From positions 117,800,001 through 117,864,000 of the forward strand of contig OX597815.1 in assembly GCA_951406725.2 (NCBI GenBank): a stretch of 64,000 nt of DNA, in the 5' to 3' direction. Below the pieces are notes generated by a model that had not been told where the DNA came from, searched no databases, and was given only the letters and a program-made list of their open reading frames with translations. Shown in pieces: positions 12,926 through 25,452 of this stretch. The position numbers and the translations under genes are program-made. Within the stretch, counting starts at the first letter, position 1, and every line of letters starts with the position of its first letter. Origin of the DNA: Octopus vulgaris (taxonomy: Eukaryota).

Positions 12926-13058
12926 TACTTATATACACGCACCTATATACACACAAGCACACATAAAAATACATACACAAATGCACATATATACATCATC
13001 ATCATCGTTTAATGTGATGATGATACATATATGTGTATTTGCGTGTATATATATATTT

Positions 13059-13390
13059 AAGACCCCCTTCGGTCATGAATGACCATGGGATTGCACCTAG
13101 AAAGTTACCCTCCTAGACACAAGTCCGGGCAAGGTTGTTTATGGAAGACCAGCAGTCGCCCATGCATACCAGCCTCCCCTCTCCACGCCACCAGTGTTAT
13201 CCAAGGGAAAGACAAAGGTCGATACAGCTTGGCACCAGTGACGTCGCAACTCATTTCTACAGTTGAGTGAACTGGAGCAACGTGAAATAAAGTGCCTTGC
13301 TCAAGAACACAACACGCAGCCCGGTCCGGGATTCGAGCTCACAACCTCACGATCGTAAGCTCAACACTCTAACCACTGAGCCATGCACCT
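13059..13390 (-). mobile_element. tRNA(Arg)-like-head CORE-type SINE, family C (OR-like)
   Basis: Minus strand: A box TGGCTCAGTGGTTAGAG, TTACGAT anticodon-like loop, B box, CORE-like TGTGTTCTTGAGCAAGGCACTT; matches copies at 23158-23392 and 35506-35788. Confidence 0.85.
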
Positions 13391-13461
13391 AGCCAATATA
13401 TATATATATATATATATACATACACAAACATACATACACACACACACATATACACACACAC

Positions 13462-13837
13462 CTACTGTCTGCTTTGGCATGGTTTCTACAGCTGGATGCC
13501 CTTTTTTATGCTAATCACTTACAGAGTGTAATGGGTGCTCTTTGGTAACGTGCAGAAAGCACCCAGTACACTCTGTAAAGTAGTAGGCATTGGGAAGGGC
13601 ATCCGGCCAAAGAAACCACACCAAAGCAGACTGTAGACCATGGCACAGTCCTTGTATGATAGTTGTAAATGAGTGTCACTGTTATACAAGCAGTGTCATT
13701 CATGTTCACTCTTTTGCAAAAACATGTTTGGCCATAAGAAAATGTTACTTCGCTTAGAAAAAGATGAGGGTCGGTAACAGGAAGGGCATCTGTCACAACA
13801 AACCTTGGATAGGTGGACATTAAAATGATGATGATGA
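13462..13837. mobile_element. Fragments of (GAT)n-tailed repeat family E, including a fold-back pair
   Basis: GGAAGGGCATCC motif present in both orientations; (GAT)n tail at ~13826-13837. Confidence 0.65.
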
Positions 13838-13925
13838 TACAAAAGACATCCTCGATAGCATATAATCTACTAAGGTGTTAATATCAGCAGGTGAGGAAGT
13901 TACCTGTTATATTCTTTTCTTTTAC

Positions 13926-13983
13926 CTAGGCTTGTTATGGAAATATTTGCTGAAGCTATTTCCTGAGGATATAGAAACTTGCA
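13926..13983 (-). CDS. Candidate 58-nt coding exon (hypothetical)
   Basis: Acceptor TTTTATTTCAG and donor AG|GTAAAA on the minus strand; open in the phase that joins the 17350-17383 segment; no homology recognised. Confidence 0.25.
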
Positions 13984-14495
13984 CTGAAATAAAACTGGGC
14001 TGGAGAACTAAATGTCACAATCAACACAATTTTCACATAACTCATTTTTGTACATGACACCTGTGGAGGTTGGAATTGGGGTAGGTTAAGGGGGAATATG
14101 TAGCTGCAACAATTTTAATGCTTATCCATGCCTCTGCCTTATGTTGTATTTCAACCTGTTTAGCAATAACAAATATATCTCTGTCAAATCATACATTTCT
14201 ACTATATATATATATATACATACACACACACACACACACACATACATATATATTCATATATATATATAAAAAACAAAATACAAAATGGGACAAGAATGCA
14301 AAACATCCGGACAACTAGATGATACAAAAAGGGACAACAAAACATCCAGATAGCCAATACAAAAAAACAAGGACGGGTCATTCAAAGCCTTTTATCCTCA
14401 GTCAAGAACCGGATCATCCTCGCAATTTTGGCTGATTAATCTTGAGATTGCTCCAATCTGGCCAGCCAGATATATATATATATATGTAGCATTAG

Positions 14496-14537
<42 letters not shown>

Positions 14538-15510
14538 TGTATATATATATATATACACACATACATACATATATATATTCATATATATATATATATATAA
14601 ACACGTGTGTTTATACAAATATAAATATATGTATATGTAATCTGTATATATGTACATATGAATATATATGTGTACGTATATATATATATATGTACATGCA
14701 TATGTAATGTGTGTGTATGCATATGTGTAGCATTGAAGTATGATTCAATATTTTTAGATAATACATTATATAGCTCTATCTGTCATTATATAAGTTTTCT
14801 CCACCTTTACATACGTTTGTCCACCTTCGTCTCAAAGTTCAACTATCCCTTAGTGAACAATAATTTTCTATGTTCACAATTTGGTCATATCTTTTTAACT
14901 ATTATTACGAAATTAGAGTTATACTCTCTGATTTCTTTGTTACCAATCCCATGTAGAAGAAACTTTTGTTATCAGGAGAAGGAGTTCGAAAGAAGCATAT
15001 CTATGACACATTCATTCTGTTTTGATTCAGAAATATAAGCAATATCAAATGAATAATGCTTCCTTGTAGTCATGAATGGGGGTGTGTCCTACTTTAAACT
15101 CTATTTTATTTCAGGCAACAAGATATGACACAGTCTGATTTTACTAAAAACTCCTTGTTCTGTTGTATACTATATATATATATATATATATTATTTTTTA
15201 TAATTTTTCTTTGAGTATATATATCAATATCTATATATAATATATGGCGCAGCGTACTGGCTTACCAGTCCTCAGTCAAACTGTCTAACCTATGCCAGCA
15301 TGGAACACGGATGTTAAACAATGATGATATATAAAATATATATGTGTGTGTGTGTTAGCTACTCTAATTCTGACCCAGTTTCATTTCCCAGTGGGAAAAG
15401 CTTCATTTACATTGCAACTGAAATCACAAACCTTTATTTCCTTCTTCTAAGAAACTGAGGTCCCATGTTGATGAGACAACAACAACAACAACAATAATAA
15501 TAATAATAAT

Positions 15511-15961
15511 ACTGATGCAGTACCAGACAGTGGCTCCCATGGCTTCTGATCTTAACTGATTGGAAGTGTTATCATGTACATTGCTTTGTCTTGGTATAAA
15601 AGATGGGCTACAGCAAATATTCTGCTCACTACCACAGATTTGGTTGTCAGTTGCTTGACCTTAACCAGTTGACCATGTCCTTTAGTGGCTGACCATATGT
15701 GCTCTTTGATCATGAGCAGGAGTAGTGGGGGAGCATCATAGCTGTGTGTTGAAGGGAATTCTTGGAGGTTTGGATAATTCATCTTTGGAAACATGGGTGG
15801 TTCATACAACATCCTTAAACAATCCTTATTCAGGGACCATTTGAGCTGTTTATCCTGATATGAGATCACTATGTCACACACATATGGTTGTAATGCATGT
15901 GTCAGATGGGTAGTCATGATGGGTATACTGGGCTTCGTGTATTTTACCCCAGTCTTACTCA
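15511..15961. mobile_element. Unclassified insertion within an (AAT)n tract, possibly a Dong/R4-type terminal fragment
   Basis: About 450 bp of complex sequence flanked on both sides by (AAT)n; classification is inference only. Confidence 0.4.
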
Positions 15962-16268
15962 ATAATAATAATAATAATAATAATTTTTTCTACTATAGAC
16001 ATAAGGCCTGAAATTTGGGGGGACGAGAATTGGTAGAATATTAGGGAAAATGTTTCATGGTGTTTTAGTTGTATTCTTTTATGCTCTGACAACAAATACA
16101 GCCAGTGTTGACTTCACTTCTTTCATTCGTCTGGTGCTGTTAAAGTAAGAAACAATGAAGTTATTAAGGTAGATTTAAATCAGTTGTTCCGTCACATCAC
16201 ATGCGTGGCCTTGTGTCTGTTATGTTAGAAGCCATTATACCTTTATGGTAATAAAGATATAATTAGAG

Positions 16269-16544
16269 CAGTGGTTCCCAAACTGGACAGTATTGTCCCC
16301 CTTGGGTTGGCAGAAAGTTCCTGGGGGTGTTGAAGAAATGTGGGGCAATAACGAGGGAGTGATTCATGTAAAAACAACACAAAATAATGGGTTCATTAGG
16401 TTCAGTTTTATTTGTGAAATGCAATTGCTTTGTATTTGCTTCAGAAAGAGGTCCATGGTTGTGATGGTTACTTGGGGTGGAGGTGCTGGGAATGCGACCT
16501 GGGTGTCAAGGGGGCAGTAGCCTGAAAAAGTTTGGGAACCACTG
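16269..16544. mobile_element. hAT-Charlie-type MITE
   Basis: Perfect TIRs CAGTGGTTCCCAAACT / AGTTTGGGAACCACTG; 8-bp TSD AATTAGAG / AATTAGAA. Confidence 0.9.
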
Positions 16545-16665
16545 AATTAGAAGAATTTAGTAATTTTAAGATAATAGCAATATAGTAAATAACTACAATC
16601 ATCATCATCCTCATCCTCATTATTCTCATCAGCCATTGGCTGTTGCTTTGAATTATTTACTGTGG

Positions 16666-16715
<50 letters not shown>

Positions 16716-16884
16716 AATTATCGTGTATAGTGCTCAGGTGCACTTACAACTCATCAAAGGTGAATGTTCAGTACATAGAATTATGTACAAAAGTATGTAG
16801 GCCTTCTTCCTATTTGGGGAGGGTAAGACAAAACTTTAAGAAAAAAAATTGAAATTTCATGCCTATCAGATTCTTTTAATTTTT

Positions 16885-17256
16885 ATTCTTTTATTTGCTT
16901 CAGTCATTTGACTGCAGCCATGCTGGAGCACTGCCTTTAGTTGAACAAATCAATACCAGGACTTATTCTTTGTAAGCCTCGTACTTATTCTATCGATAAC
17001 TTTTGCCGAACCACTAAGTTACGGGGACATAAACACACCAACATCAGTTATCAAGCGATGGTAGGGGTACAAACACAGACACATACACATATATACGATG
17101 GGCTTCTTTCAGTTTCCCTCAACCAAATCCACTTACAAGGCTTTGGTCAGTCTGAGGCTATAGTAGAAGACACTTGCCATGCAGTGGGATTGAACCCGGA
17201 ACTATGTGGTTGGTAAGCAAGTTACTTACCGCACAGCCATACCACTCCTGCACCTA
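16885..17256 (-). mobile_element. SINE family A (tRNA-like head, CORE-like block, internal microsatellite; OR-like)
   Basis: Collinear with the copies at 39515-39930, 46550-46984 and 55006-55440. Confidence 0.88.
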
Positions 17257-17349
17257 TGTTGATATATTGTATCAACAATTGACTGTTGACTCATTATTAC
17301 ATTCAATCTTTGTTAGATATTTCTACAGATCTACCAGGGTACTACTCAC

Positions 17350-17531
17350 TCAACAAAACCGACCAAGAAAGAGTTGCTGGCATAGTTATTTCAAAGCGAA
17401 CAGGTCGTACAAGTTTTTCAAAGATTCTTTTCTTTGTTGTAATGGATTATAAATTTGACATGGCATGATATTTCCAATGACATTATCTTTGAGTTGTAAT
17501 GTTGAATGTTCACATATACCTGTACATGCTT
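17350..17531 (-). CDS. Candidate exon (5'UTR plus start MPATLSWSVLL), hypothetical
   Basis: Acceptor TGTTTCTTTTGCAG, donor GTGAGT at 17349-17344, ATG at 17383 with A at -3; upstream ATGs weaken the call. Confidence 0.25.
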
Positions 17532-17656
17532 CTGCAAAAGAAACACATTTTACATTTTCTTAGCATAGACATACCAAGGAGTTTCCACATTGTCATGGAA
17601 CTATAGAAAGATTTAGCTCCAGCAGAGCATAGTAATAAAACACTGAACAGTTTATA

Positions 17657-17687
<31 letters not shown>

Positions 17688-18220
17688 GTTACTGCTGTTG
17701 CTGCTGCCTTTATGGTGATTTATATTTCTTCAATTTGTCTATTTACTGTAATGGAATGGAACTGACAAACAATATGTACCATCAACCTTCCAGTCAGCAG
17801 ACTGGCACCCGACTGCGGTTAGTGTTTAATTGCAGTTAACACCTTAGAGTAACTTTCAAAATATTGTATGCAGGTGCACCATTAATTTTCCAGCTCCATT
17901 GAGTCTGATACTTCAGCCATATTACTGTTTAACTCCAGACCAATTCTGATTATGTTACTTGCAGTATCTATGACTAAACTATCTGATGTTTGTACCTTAT
18001 TTAAGACAGTGAAATGCGACTTGAGGGAGATTAGGTTGTTATTTCTAGCAGGAAGGCAAACAAATAGAGGATTCCTTTGCTTTGAACATGTTATGTTCTC
18101 TGTTGTTCCTACATAACAAAACAGATTTATTCATTCATCAATTTTAATTTTGCATAACAATTCACGCTATCCTACGTCTCAATTGAATATACTTTGGTTA
18201 GAATACTTGATCTTCTAAAG

Positions 18221-18477
18221 CAGAGGTTCTCAACTAAGGTCCTCATGACCCTTGGGGATCCATATATAATTTTCGTGTTAAAATTCATGTGTGATAAATC
18301 AGTTATACTTCTATAATACACAAAATATTTTAGCAATTTTTTAAATACATTTCCTAATATTTAATTACAAAAATATAATGGAATCTTTTAAAACTTCAAA
18401 TGGCTAGGGAAAGGGGTCCAGTAGAATAAAATGGAAATTAAACAAGTCCAGAGGTCAAAAATGGTTGAGAATCACAG
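18221..18477. mobile_element. hAT-Charlie-type MITE, diverged
   Basis: TIRs CAGAGGTTCTCAAC / GTTGAGAATCACAG; left flank TTCTAAAG resembles the Charlie target. Confidence 0.7.
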
Positions 18478-18504
18478 GTTTGAAGGCAGAATTTCAGTGT
18501 TTTT

Positions 18505-18982
18505 CGATGACTGGCATCCATGTTAGTGGAGTGCTAAGAGAACCATACGAGTGAGATCGGGGCCAGAGCAACAAGCTGGCCTCCGAGCCAATGGCACATT
18601 AAAAACACCATTCCGAGCGTGATTGTTATCTGTGTCGCCTACTAGCACTTGTGCTGGTGGCATGTGAAAAAACATTCAAGCAAGGTCATTGCCAGTGCGC
18701 TGGACTGGCTACTGTACAGGTGGCACATAAAAAGCACCATTTGAGCGTGGCCGTTGCCAGTACCGCCTGACTGGCCCTCGTGCCGGTGGCATGTAAAAGC
18801 ACCCACTACACTCTCGGAGTGGTTGGCATTAGGAAGGGTATCCAGCGGTAGAAACTCAGCCTGATCAGATTGGAGTCTGGTGCAGCCATCTGGTTTGCCA
18901 GACCTCAGTCAAATCGTCCAACCCATGTTAGCATGGAAAGCGGACGTTAAACGACGACGATGATGATGATGATGATGATGAT
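18505..18982 (+). mobile_element. Repeat family E (SINE-like; internal TGGCACRTAAAAAGCACC tandem units; (GAT)n tail)
   Basis: Four internal repeats of GGCAYRTAAAARCA, then GTTGGCATTAGGAAGGGTATCCAGC and a (GAT)n tail; related pieces at ~20155-20375, 21860-22084, 27110-27320 and 34478-34578. Confidence 0.75.
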
Positions 18983-19127
18983 ATATGATATTTACCATGT
19001 GAACTACAAGAAAAATATATGGTATATAATTTTTTTTGTGCAAGGGTTCCTTGAGACATGTAATTTATTCTAATGGTTATACAAGGGTAAAAAAGGTTGA
19101 GAAACACTGATATAGAGATATATACTA

Positions 19128-19327
19128 ATGGTTTCAAATTTTGGCACAAGGCCAGAAAGTTCAAGGGAGGGGGTAAGTTGATTACATTAACCCCAGCGTT
19201 CAACTGGCACCTCGAAAGGATGAAAGGCAAAGTCAACCTCGGTGGAATTTGAACTCAGAATGTTAAAGATGGATGAAATGCCACTAAATGCCCAGTGAAA
19301 TAATGGTTCTGTCAGATAATCACCTTA
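19128..19327 (-). mobile_element. SINE family B copy
   Basis: GAAAGGATGAAAGGCAAAGTCAACCTCGGTGGAATTTGAACTCAG. Confidence 0.8.
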
Positions 19328-19499
19328 TAGAGATAATAATGATGTCTTCTTAGGTGCAAAGCTACATGGCAGAGAGAACAGTCAATGACATTGACTTCAA
19401 AACTTGCCGCAGTATTTTTTCACCTGGCTCTAGAAGGAGGAAAGGTAGTTAACTTCACTGGGATTTGAAGTTTAGGGGCTTAATATTAAAGAGGTATGA

Positions 19500-19835
19500 T
19501 GGTAAATGTAGAGGCATAACTGTGAATATTGAGGTATATTAGTAAATAGAGAAGTTTTAGTATGTAAATACAGGTTGTAACAGTAAATACAGAGATATAA
19601 TACGAAAGATATGACTGTAATAGTAAATATTACAGCATAAAAGTAAATATAGAAGTATTAGCGTAAATACAGAAGTGTATAATAGTAAATACAGAAGTAT
19701 TATAGTAAATACAGAGTTATATTTGTCAATAAAGAAGTAATTGTACTAAATGTAGAGATAAAATAGTAACTATACAGATGTAAAAGTGAATATGGAGATA
19801 TGATAGTAAATGAAGAAGTATAATCGTAAATATAC
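19500..19835. repeat. Degenerate ~20-22-bp minisatellite (TAGTAAATAYAGARGTATAA); resumes at ~20588-20656
   Basis: Recurrent AGTAAATA(C/T)AGA units are visible. Confidence 0.75.
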
Positions 19836-19916
19836 TTATATAATAATAAATATCCTTGCCATCGTCATTATAACAATAATAATAATTATTATTATTGTTA
19901 TTATCATTATTATTAA

Positions 19917-20122
19917 AGGTAGTGAGATAGCAGAATTGTTAGCATGCTGGACAAATTGCTTAGCAGTATTTTGCCCATCACTATGCTCTGAGTTCAAATA
20001 CCGCTGATGTCAACTTTGCCTTTCATCCTTTCAAGGTCGATAAATTAAGTCCCAATGAAACACTGGGGTTGATGCAATCGATTAGTCCCTCCCATCAAAT
20101 TTCAGGCCTTGTGCTTATAGTA
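19917..20122 (+). mobile_element. SINE family B copy (CpG-decayed)
   Basis: AGGTAGTGAGATAGCAGAATTGTTAGC...TTTGCCTTTCATCCTTTCAAGGTCGATAAATTAAG. Confidence 0.8.
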
Positions 20123-20125
20123 GAG

Positions 20126-20156
<31 letters not shown>

Positions 20157-21601
20157 TAATGTCCACTTTTCAGGCTTGCCTGTGGTCAGAGTTATTTGAG
20201 GCAGATTTTCTTCAGCCAGATGCTCTTCCTGTTGCCAAACTTCACCTGTTTCCAAACAAGGTATATTTTGCCATGACCAGACATCTTTCTTCAGGATATT
20301 AGAAATGAATGACACTGTTTGTACGACAGTGACACTCATTTACAACTATTATGTGGTGTCAAGACAAAGAAACACAAACATACACTTAAATACACATTCA
20401 GACATAAATATGCATGCATGCATGTATGTCTGTACAAGTGATGGGCTTTTTCTGTTTTCATCGACCAGATCCATTCACAAGGCTTTGGATGACTCAGAGA
20501 CACTTGTTGAAGATGCCACAGTGGAACTGCATCCAAAACCATGTGGTTAGGAAGCAAATTTCTTAATGACACAAGTATGCCAGCACCCTAAATATAGAAG
20601 TATAATAGTGAACATAAAGTTTATATAATAAATATAGAAGAATAATAGCAAATAGATATATATATATAGAGAGAGAGAGCAACAGTGTGGTGTAGACATC
20701 ATAGAATCTGTACAGATGATCAGCTTGTACTTTCCTATTTCATCACACTATAAAATGCTATACTAGAAAGGGTTTAACATAGTTGTAACATGATGTATGA
20801 ATGAATAAATTACAAGGTCCTACATTATATATACAAGTTATAAATACAAGTTGTCTGTTAATTTGGTTTCTGAATATCTGATGTCATTTTATTCTATTCA
20901 CTCATGGATAACCTAATAAAAAAAAATGTAAATGTTGCTTTGTAAAGGGGTATTTCAATAAGAGGGTATTCAGCTGTCGTTCAATAGAAAGTTAAAAAAA
21001 TAAACAAAAAAAACCCCTGATTTAATAATCAGATTCCTTTTTAGCTGTTTCTACATTATTACATAAACAAATCACATAAATTAACTTAATTTCAACTTGA
21101 CATATCACTCAGTTATACAAGAAATCTTCCCTCTATCCACAAATCATGATTCATTATCTAACTAGGCATTAAATAATTATATTTTAACCTAATTTTCGGA
21201 GGCCCTGTGCTAAATTAATGATTTGACCAATAAACATAAAGCAATATGAAATACATTGACTCATTACACATCAACTGTACATGCTGTAGGATACTGAAAA
21301 TGCATAAACTGATAACACAAAATATGAATCTGCTATAAGTGTCCATAATCATCCATGGTATGTTCATCACACACTCTTCACTGCATATTCTTTCTCCACA
21401 ACAGAGAATATCAGATTTAATAGTTGACAATTTTACAAGTTGGTCCAGAACAAAAATTTGTCCAGTTGTCTGTCACAAGTATGGCACCTTAGGCTAGTCT
21501 GTTCTACTATAGACCCAGGCTAACTAAAGCCTTGTAAATGAATTTGGTAGATAGAAACTGATGAAAGAAGCCCATCGTATGTGCATGTGTGAGTGCAAAT
21601 G

Positions 21602-21638
<37 letters not shown>

Positions 21639-23004
21639 CATGTATGTATGTACGTACGTACGTACACTCATTTTGTCTTACTCTCTAACTCACTCTCTTT
21701 TCCTTTTCTTTCCAGCAAGCATCTTCTCAACAGCAAGACATCTATCTCTATCCCTCTATACTTTTGATCTCCCACCAACGATACAAAACCACCTCCTTCA
21801 ATACTACTATCCCCTCCCAGTTGAAGAATTTTTTTCTTCCAAGTTAGTTGGAGACCTCATAAAAAGCACAAGTACACTCTGTAAAGTGGTTGACATTCCT
21901 ATTGATGTTGGTGCCACATAAAAAACATCCAGTACATTTCTGTCAAGTGGTTGGCATTAGGAAAGGCATCCAATTGTAGAAACTATGCTAAAGAGAACAG
22001 TGGAGCAGGATGCAGTCTTTGTACTTATCATTTCCCCTCAAGCCATCTGATTTATGAAAGATGTTCAAGTGACAATGATGATGACTATTAATATTCTTTC
22101 TAATTATAGGACATGACCAGCAGTTTTAAGGTGAGAGGAAAGCTGATTACATCAACCCCCATGCTTAAATTGATACTTATTTTATTGACCCAGAGTGTAT
22201 GAAAGGTAGAACTGATCTCAGCAGCATTTGAACTTGTAACATAAAGAGGCAAAACAATGACTTAATATAAAATGAATATAACCAATTTTTCAAGTGTAGG
22301 AACAAGGCTTGAAATATTAGAGTAGGGGTTAGTTAATTATATTGCCTAGTACTTGACTGACATTTTTATTGCATCAACCTCCAGAATGATGAAAGGCAAA
22401 GGCAACCTTGATGAGATTTGAACTTGCAGCATTAAGAGCCATGTGTGTGTGGGGGATGAGGAGGAGCACACAAGGCATTTTGTTCACTGTGCTAACAATT
22501 CTGCCAAGCCACTGTCATTTTCTGCCAATAATAATACGGCTAATGTATGAATAACAAACAATATAGCTGAAAGCAATTAGGGAAAGAGACGACAGAGCAA
22601 AGCATTAACAACTGTATCAATTAAAAGAATTGCCAATTATGCACTTACACTAATAATCTGTGGCCAATGCCAACACACTTCATATAGGTTGTACACTGGG
22701 GAAGTAAGTTATAAATATCATGAAAACTAATTCCCCTTCTCCTCTACGAATTTTGGTAACCTTGCATGTAAATAAGAAATTAATTATTCATGAAGCAACA
22801 ACTATAGAAGCCTACACAAGTGAGAAGACATTAGTTTGCATAAATAAAGCAGTTATTTCCTCATTGACAGAACTATCCTTAAAATAGGCTTGACTCTGTT
22901 AATTTGCCAGTATATTTACTATAGAATGTAGTTTTATGATAAGCTTATGTAACCCTTGCATAATATATAATGCTCCTTTGTGTGCATGCACACAGAGACA
23001 CAAG

Positions 23005-23392
23005 CAAGGATGCATGGTTAAGAAGTTAGTTCATCAATAATGTGGCTTAAGTTCAGTCCCAAAGTATGGCACCTCAGGTGTCTTCTACTACAGCCTCAGG
23101 TTGACCAAACCATTTTGAGTGGATTTAGTAGGCAGACACTGAAGGAAGCCCGTTTGTGGAAGACCAGCAGTCGTCCATGCAAACCAATATCCCCCTTTCC
23201 TCACCAATGATGTTGTACAAGGATACAGTTTGGCACCAGTGATGTTACAACTCATTTCTACAGCTGAGTGGAGTGGAGCAATGTGAAATAAAGTGTCTTG
23301 CTCAAGAACACAACACACAGCCCAGTCTGGGAATCGAACTCACAACCTCACGATTGTAAGCCCTACACTCTAACCACTGAGCTAATGCTTTC
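23005..23392. mobile_element. SINE-A 5' part (+, ~23005-23152) abutting a SINE-C partial copy (-, 23158-23392)
   Basis: Similarity to the other A and C copies in the window. Confidence 0.75.
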
Positions 23393-23839
23393 ATTTGTGT
23401 ATGCGTGCGTGTGTGTGCATGCACGTGCATGTGTGTGTAGCTAAACAGATAGATAGGTATGTGTGTATGTGTGCATTTATGTGCTGGTATGAGATTGTAT
23501 TTTCCTCTCAAATTCATTCACTGGTAGTTAAGAAAGGATATTGTTTGCTTGCAGTCCATCATAAAAGCATCTCCAGGATTCTTGATGTGTTATGAGATTT
23601 TAATATTTAAAATGTACACAGAATACAGTGCTACATTTGTATTCAGTTTCTCATGTAAACATTTCTGGGCTGTTTGCTGTTTGATAGACTGGAAGAGACT
23701 ATTATCGCTCAACAGGTGAGAGTTGGTGACAGGAGGGGTGTCTGGCTGCACAAAATATTTGCACCAATGGCCTCTTATCTGACCTATGCAAGTATAGAAA
23801 GTAGACATCAAAACAATGATGAAGTGATCACGAGGCTGA

Positions 23840-24216
23840 TATACACACACATATATGTGTATATTTATATATATATATATAACACATATATACATATATA
23901 TACATATATACATATACATATATATACATATATATATACATATACATACATATACATATATATATATACATACATATATATACATATACATACATATATA
24001 TACATATACATACATATATATACATATACATACATATATATACATATACATACATATATATACATATATATATACATATACACATATACATATATATACA
24101 TATACATATATATACATATATATATACATATATATATATACATATACATATATATACATATATATATACATATATACATATACATATACATATATATATA
24201 TATACATATATACATA
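23840..24216. repeat. Long compound (TA)n/(TATACA)n microsatellite
   Basis: Directly visible; source of the 216/223-aa YI-rich pseudo-ORFs. Confidence 0.97.
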
Positions 24217-24306
24217 CTTAATCCAAACAAGAAAGCACAAAAAAACACAACAACGCGAGGACGTGGAACAAATATAGTATTATTGGACGCTCAGGAAAGA
24301 AGGAGG

Positions 24307-24341
24307 GTTCAACGTTTCGAGTGGAGCTCTTCGTCGGAAAC
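24307..24341 (-). ncRNA. Minimal type I hammerhead-like motif within a PLE-type terminal repeat fragment (~24218-24420)
   Basis: Minus strand: GTTT-CCGACGA-A-GAG[CTCCA]CTC-GAAA-CG-TT^-GAAC; U4 is replaced by C. Confidence 0.65.
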
Positions 24342-24472
24342 ATAGGAAAAGGAAAGATCCAGAGAAGGGAAGACAGAGGAAAAAAATCGCCAACGGTACA
24401 CACAAGGTCACATTTTGAAAGACCGGAAGGAAACATATACATATATATACATATATATATATACACACACAC

Positions 24473-24662
24473 ATCATCATCATCATCATCATCATCATTT
24501 AGCATCCGTTTTCCATGCTAGCATGGGTTGGACGGTTTAACTGGGGCCTGTGAAGCCGGAAGGCTTCATCAGGCCCAGTTAGATTTGGCAGTGTTTCTAC
24601 GACTGGATGCCCTTCCTAACGCCAACCACTCCGCGAGTGTAGTGGGTGTTTTTTACGTGCCA
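24473..24662 (-). mobile_element. Repeat family E, 3' part
   Basis: (CAT)n then TTTCCATGCTAGCATGGGTTGGACG...GGATGCCCTTCCTAACGCCAACC. Confidence 0.75.
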
Positions 24663-24667
24663 CACAC

Positions 24668-24698
<31 letters not shown>

Positions 24699-25166
24699 TC
24701 TGATGGAATTTGTTCAATTTCTATGAACCAAATTTACCCACAAGACATGGATGATCTCAGGGCCAAACTAGAAGAAATTGCTTGGGAGGATTTGGTCTGG
24801 CTGTCTGCACTCTGAGTTCAAATCTCATAGTCGTTTAGGAGCCAATAAACAAAGTATCAGTCAAGAGCAGTGGATTGGCAAAATTGTTTAGAGCATCAGA
24901 CAGGATACTTTGTGGTATCTATGTATCTGTGTGTTAGCTTATTGTTCTCTATAGCAGCCCAACAACTGGCAGCAGAAAACGAGAGTCCAGAGATGACTAA
25001 GCCATAAATAAAAATAGAAACATCTAGATATAAACCACCTGTAATACATACACACAACCATTTAGGATTAGACAAACTCTCACATGCAATTCTATAAACA
25101 AACACACACGTACACTTATGTGTTAACGTATATATCTAACTATATATGGAAATATGTGTGTGTGTG

Positions 25167-25217
<51 letters not shown>

Positions 25218-25452
25218 GATTTGGATGTATATGTACATATATCAACTGCAGAGATACAGATTAGTACATATACTCCAACATATTAAGACACGGATACACA
25301 CATGTACACACATGCATAAACATGTGCACACACAGCAGCTGTATCTGGCTTTGCCCACGTCTATTTACACCTAATATATAATCACATGAATTTACTTATA
25401 TTTTTGATAAATTCCATTTTAAAAAATGCGTGTAGTAATCTTTAAATAGCTG

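Noticed and set aside
14375-14467. Minus-strand CTGAGGA...GAAT with nearby stems, possibly another hammerhead
   Set aside because: I could not assemble the three stems around the core in a canonical topology; it may still be a PLE terminal fragment
22649-22695. 47-nt minus-strand segment with AG and GTAAGT boundaries
   Set aside because: Splice-like signals alone are common at this length scale and there is no supporting frame or homology
23590-24345. Long ORFs of 216 and 223 aa rich in Y/I/H/T
   Set aside because: They are translations of a (TA)/(TATACA) microsatellite; the same applies to the many VCVC, THTH and ERER ORFs
24896-25105. Minus-strand ORF with a hydrophobic, TM-like stretch
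   Set aside because: No good donor site and no homology; T-rich DNA readily yields hydrophobic peptides
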